Source: Pristiophorus japonicus | Taxonomy: Eukaryota | DNA: 64,000 nucleotides | NCBI RefSeq assembly: GCF_044704955.1 | Contig: NC_091992.1 | Location: 28,148,001 to 28,212,000, forward strand | Reading direction: 5' to 3' | Made by a program: the position numbers and the translations under genes | In this document: positions 61,663 to 64,000 of the stretch, piece by piece | Numbering within the stretch: the stretch's first letter is position 1 | Layout of the letters: every line of letters begins with the position of its first letter | Notes under the pieces: generated by a model | The model's input: only the letters and a program-made list of their open reading frames with translations | What the model was told of the DNA's origin: nothing | Databases searched by the model: none

Positions 61663-61932
61663 ATGGAGGCTGCGATCACAGGCTGGAGAAAACCGCACCA
61701 CATCCTGCAAGAGGAAGGCGACAGCCCGGCAGCCCATGTCTTCAGGAAGATGCCCGCGTCCAGCTCCCTCAACACCATCCGCATGTCCCTGAGGAAGAGG
61801 CTGCCTCTCAAGCAGGTGGACTTTAACATCGACGACACCCCGAGCTGGGAGAGCCTGGAGCTCAGGAAGAAACCGAACGCCATGCAAAGCCTGGGTCGGA
61901 CTGCGAGGAACACTTGGGGCAATGTCTCCCAG
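61663..61932 (+). CDS. PIMREG: PIMREG (FAM64A/RCS1) first coding exon
   Basis: 90 codons ending CAG/GTAAAG; RKRLPLKQVDFN (D-box) ...PSWESLE...RTARNTWGNVSQ matches human RRLPLRAVNLN...PSWKRLE...RSAKSALGAVSQ; synteny with AIPL1. Confidence 0.92.
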
Positions 61933-62734
61933 GTAAAGGTGCCTTCACTCACACCGACTCGCGTCTCTCGGAGCACCGTGCCTCGCATTGCTTGGTTTGC
62001 GATTCAGAGCGTCAAGGGTTCGTAATTTAAAGACAGACTAGCATTTATATAGCGCCTTTCACGACCACTGAACGTCTCAAAGCGCTCTACTTTTAGAGTG
62101 TAGTCACTGCTGTAATGTGGGAAACTATAAAAGTCAAGATCTGCTCATGAACACCGGAATTCATATTTTTTTTCAATATAAAAGCATTGGAGAGCCAATA
62201 CTATCTCTTAGAGGATCATTTAGTGCCTGGAAAGCAGTTGGTAGAGAGAAGGAATGTGTGCCTTGTATTAGCCATTGTGTTCTCTTTGTGTACATTGCAG
62301 TGTAACTGTTTTATAAACGTGCCCGGCTGGTTCAGCTGTAATGACCTGATGTGGCAGTTCAACCCGAACAGAGTTAGCAAGAAAGTGTGTGTGTGATTAC
62401 ATGTGTGGAACTGTTGCTTCCATCTGTTACACATGGCAGTCATCCTCAGCAGTTTGGGTTCCTTTTTTTTCATCTTGATTTATTTCAGTGTTTTTATCTG
62501 TAACAGACCCGTCCTTCACATGGCCCCAAATATGGCAGCAAGCATGTTGGGGCTTTTCTTAATCAGTAGTTCTGACTCCGTCTTGTTTTAATTAAAATAA
62601 ATGAACGACGAGGAATAAACATTTTCCATGTTTGTCAATTACTGTTACTTAATAATGCGTGCAGTGATTTGTGAAACTTCAATCTCGACATGTGGTTTTC
62701 TAGTTGATCTCCCTGTTCTGCAGATGGTATCACA

Positions 62735-62840
62735 TTGAATACTAACTGACCCTACACTAATTGGCGAATATTAACCGACCCTACACTAACTGGTGAATAT
62801 TAACTGACATTACATTAATTGGTGAATATTAACCAACATG
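62735..62840. repeat. Short tandem repeat, ~3.5 copies of a 28-bp unit (GAATATTAACTGACCCTACACTAATTGG-like)
   Basis: Direct periodicity. Confidence 0.85.
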
Positions 62841-63462
62841 ACCCTTTCCTTTCATTTGACTGGAATAGGTGGAAACTGGTAGCCCTTTTTTTGTACAAGA
62901 ACATTTGGTTATAAATTGATGAACTGTGTTGTTGGCTAAATGAAACCAGCAAACTTGTCATGTAAGATTTTGCCCCACTATAAATAGATTGAAGTCACCA
63001 ACTCTATCATTTATTAACCAATTCTTGTCAAATAACCATAAAGCTAATGCTCATATTTTAAATATCATGTATTTTGTATGACTCTATACGCTGGCAAGAA
63101 TAGGATGGGAAATGTGATCTTTTTTCCCCCTGAATATACAGTGCCCTATCAAACAGTTTGGTAAATTTCCTTTTATTTAGTCTTTTTTCCCTCCTGGAGG
63201 TCTATCTCCAGAGTGTGCTGTGTAATCTTTATCCTTTCTCACCTTTGAATACCAATCTAATATTGTTTTTGCCATCCAATATAAACATCTTGCTTGTGTT
63301 ATAGGCTTCTGGGGCAATGTTGTTGCAAAGTATCTACAGTATTTGATTTGGGCAGTGGTTGTGCTCCAGGTTCCAATTTAAGCCAAATACGACAAAGTTA
63401 TGATGCAGACAGTTTTAAAAAAAATGAGAAGTGCGTCATACTCTAATTTGGTGCTATCTCAT

Positions 63463-63890
63463 GTCAGCCATGGCTCAGTTGATAGCACAATTGCCTTTGA
63501 GTCAGAAGGTCATAAGTTCAAGTCTCGCTCCAGAGACTTGAGCATAAAATCTGAGCTGGCACTCCAGTGCAATACTGAGGGAGTGCTGCACTGTCTGGGG
63601 TAGCATCTTTTGCATGCGATCCCATGGTGCTATTTTGAAGTAGAGCAGGGGAGTTCTCCCCGGTGTCCTGGCCAATATTTATCCCTCAACCAAATTCACA
63701 AACAGATTATCTATCTGGTCATTATTTCATTGTTATTTGTGGGAGCTTGCTGTGTGCAAATTGGCTGCCACATTTCCTACATTACAACAATGACTACACT
63801 TCAAAAGTATTTCATTGGCTGTGAAGTGCTTTGAGATTTCCTGAGGCTGTGAAAGATGCTATATAAATGCTTTTTATAAGTTCTTTCTTT
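63463..63890 (+). mobile_element. Deu-domain SINE, near full length with an internal deletion, in PIMREG intron 1
   Basis: A box TGGCTCAGTTG, B box GTTCAAGTC, Deu block, ctatataaatgc tail. Confidence 0.85.
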
Positions 63891-64000
63891 CCTAGTGCCA
63901 GTATGGGACCTGGGCTGGACTTGCGATGCCTCAGTATGCCCCAAAACTGCTTTACATGAGACGCAAGTGGTTATAAGTGCCCTTACAGTCTATAAAGTGT

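Noticed and set aside
61615-62025. PIMREG as a single 136-aa ORF
   Set aside because: Starts at a TTG and runs past the CAG/GTAAAG donor at 61932; the true exon is ATG 61663 to 61932
62735-62840. CRISPR-like 28-bp periodicity
   Set aside because: Head-to-tail tandem units without unique spacers, in a vertebrate intron

Overview
Vertebrate genomic DNA, almost certainly from a cartilaginous fish (shark or ray). This rests on the repeat content: CR1 and RTE LINE fragments, Deu-domain SINEs, and Harbinger and Gypsy elements. The host genes are split into short exons that the ORF track mostly misses. AIPL1 coding exons 1-5 lie on the minus strand (12068 to 749; exon 6 is outside the window), and the first coding exon of PIMREG/FAM64A lies on the plus strand (61663-61932) behind a CCAAT/E2F/CHR cell-cycle promoter. 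This is the same divergent AIPL1-PIMREG arrangement as human 17p13. Between them I assembled by hand an unnamed multi-exon minus-strand gene (ATG ~43394, stop 14799) encoding a protein of up to ~365 aa with a canonical EF-hand loop (DKDRDGQLNTKE) split by an intron; it may share a bidirectional promoter with PIMREG. The rest is a dense stack of transposons. It includes a two-gene Harbinger element, Harbinger-derived MITEs, solo LTRs, a gag-pro-only Gypsy element with paired LTRs, and an older LTR/retrovirus-like element with an intact 570-aa gag carrying late domains and a decayed Ig-like accessory ORF. All calls are by eye, with no database searches.
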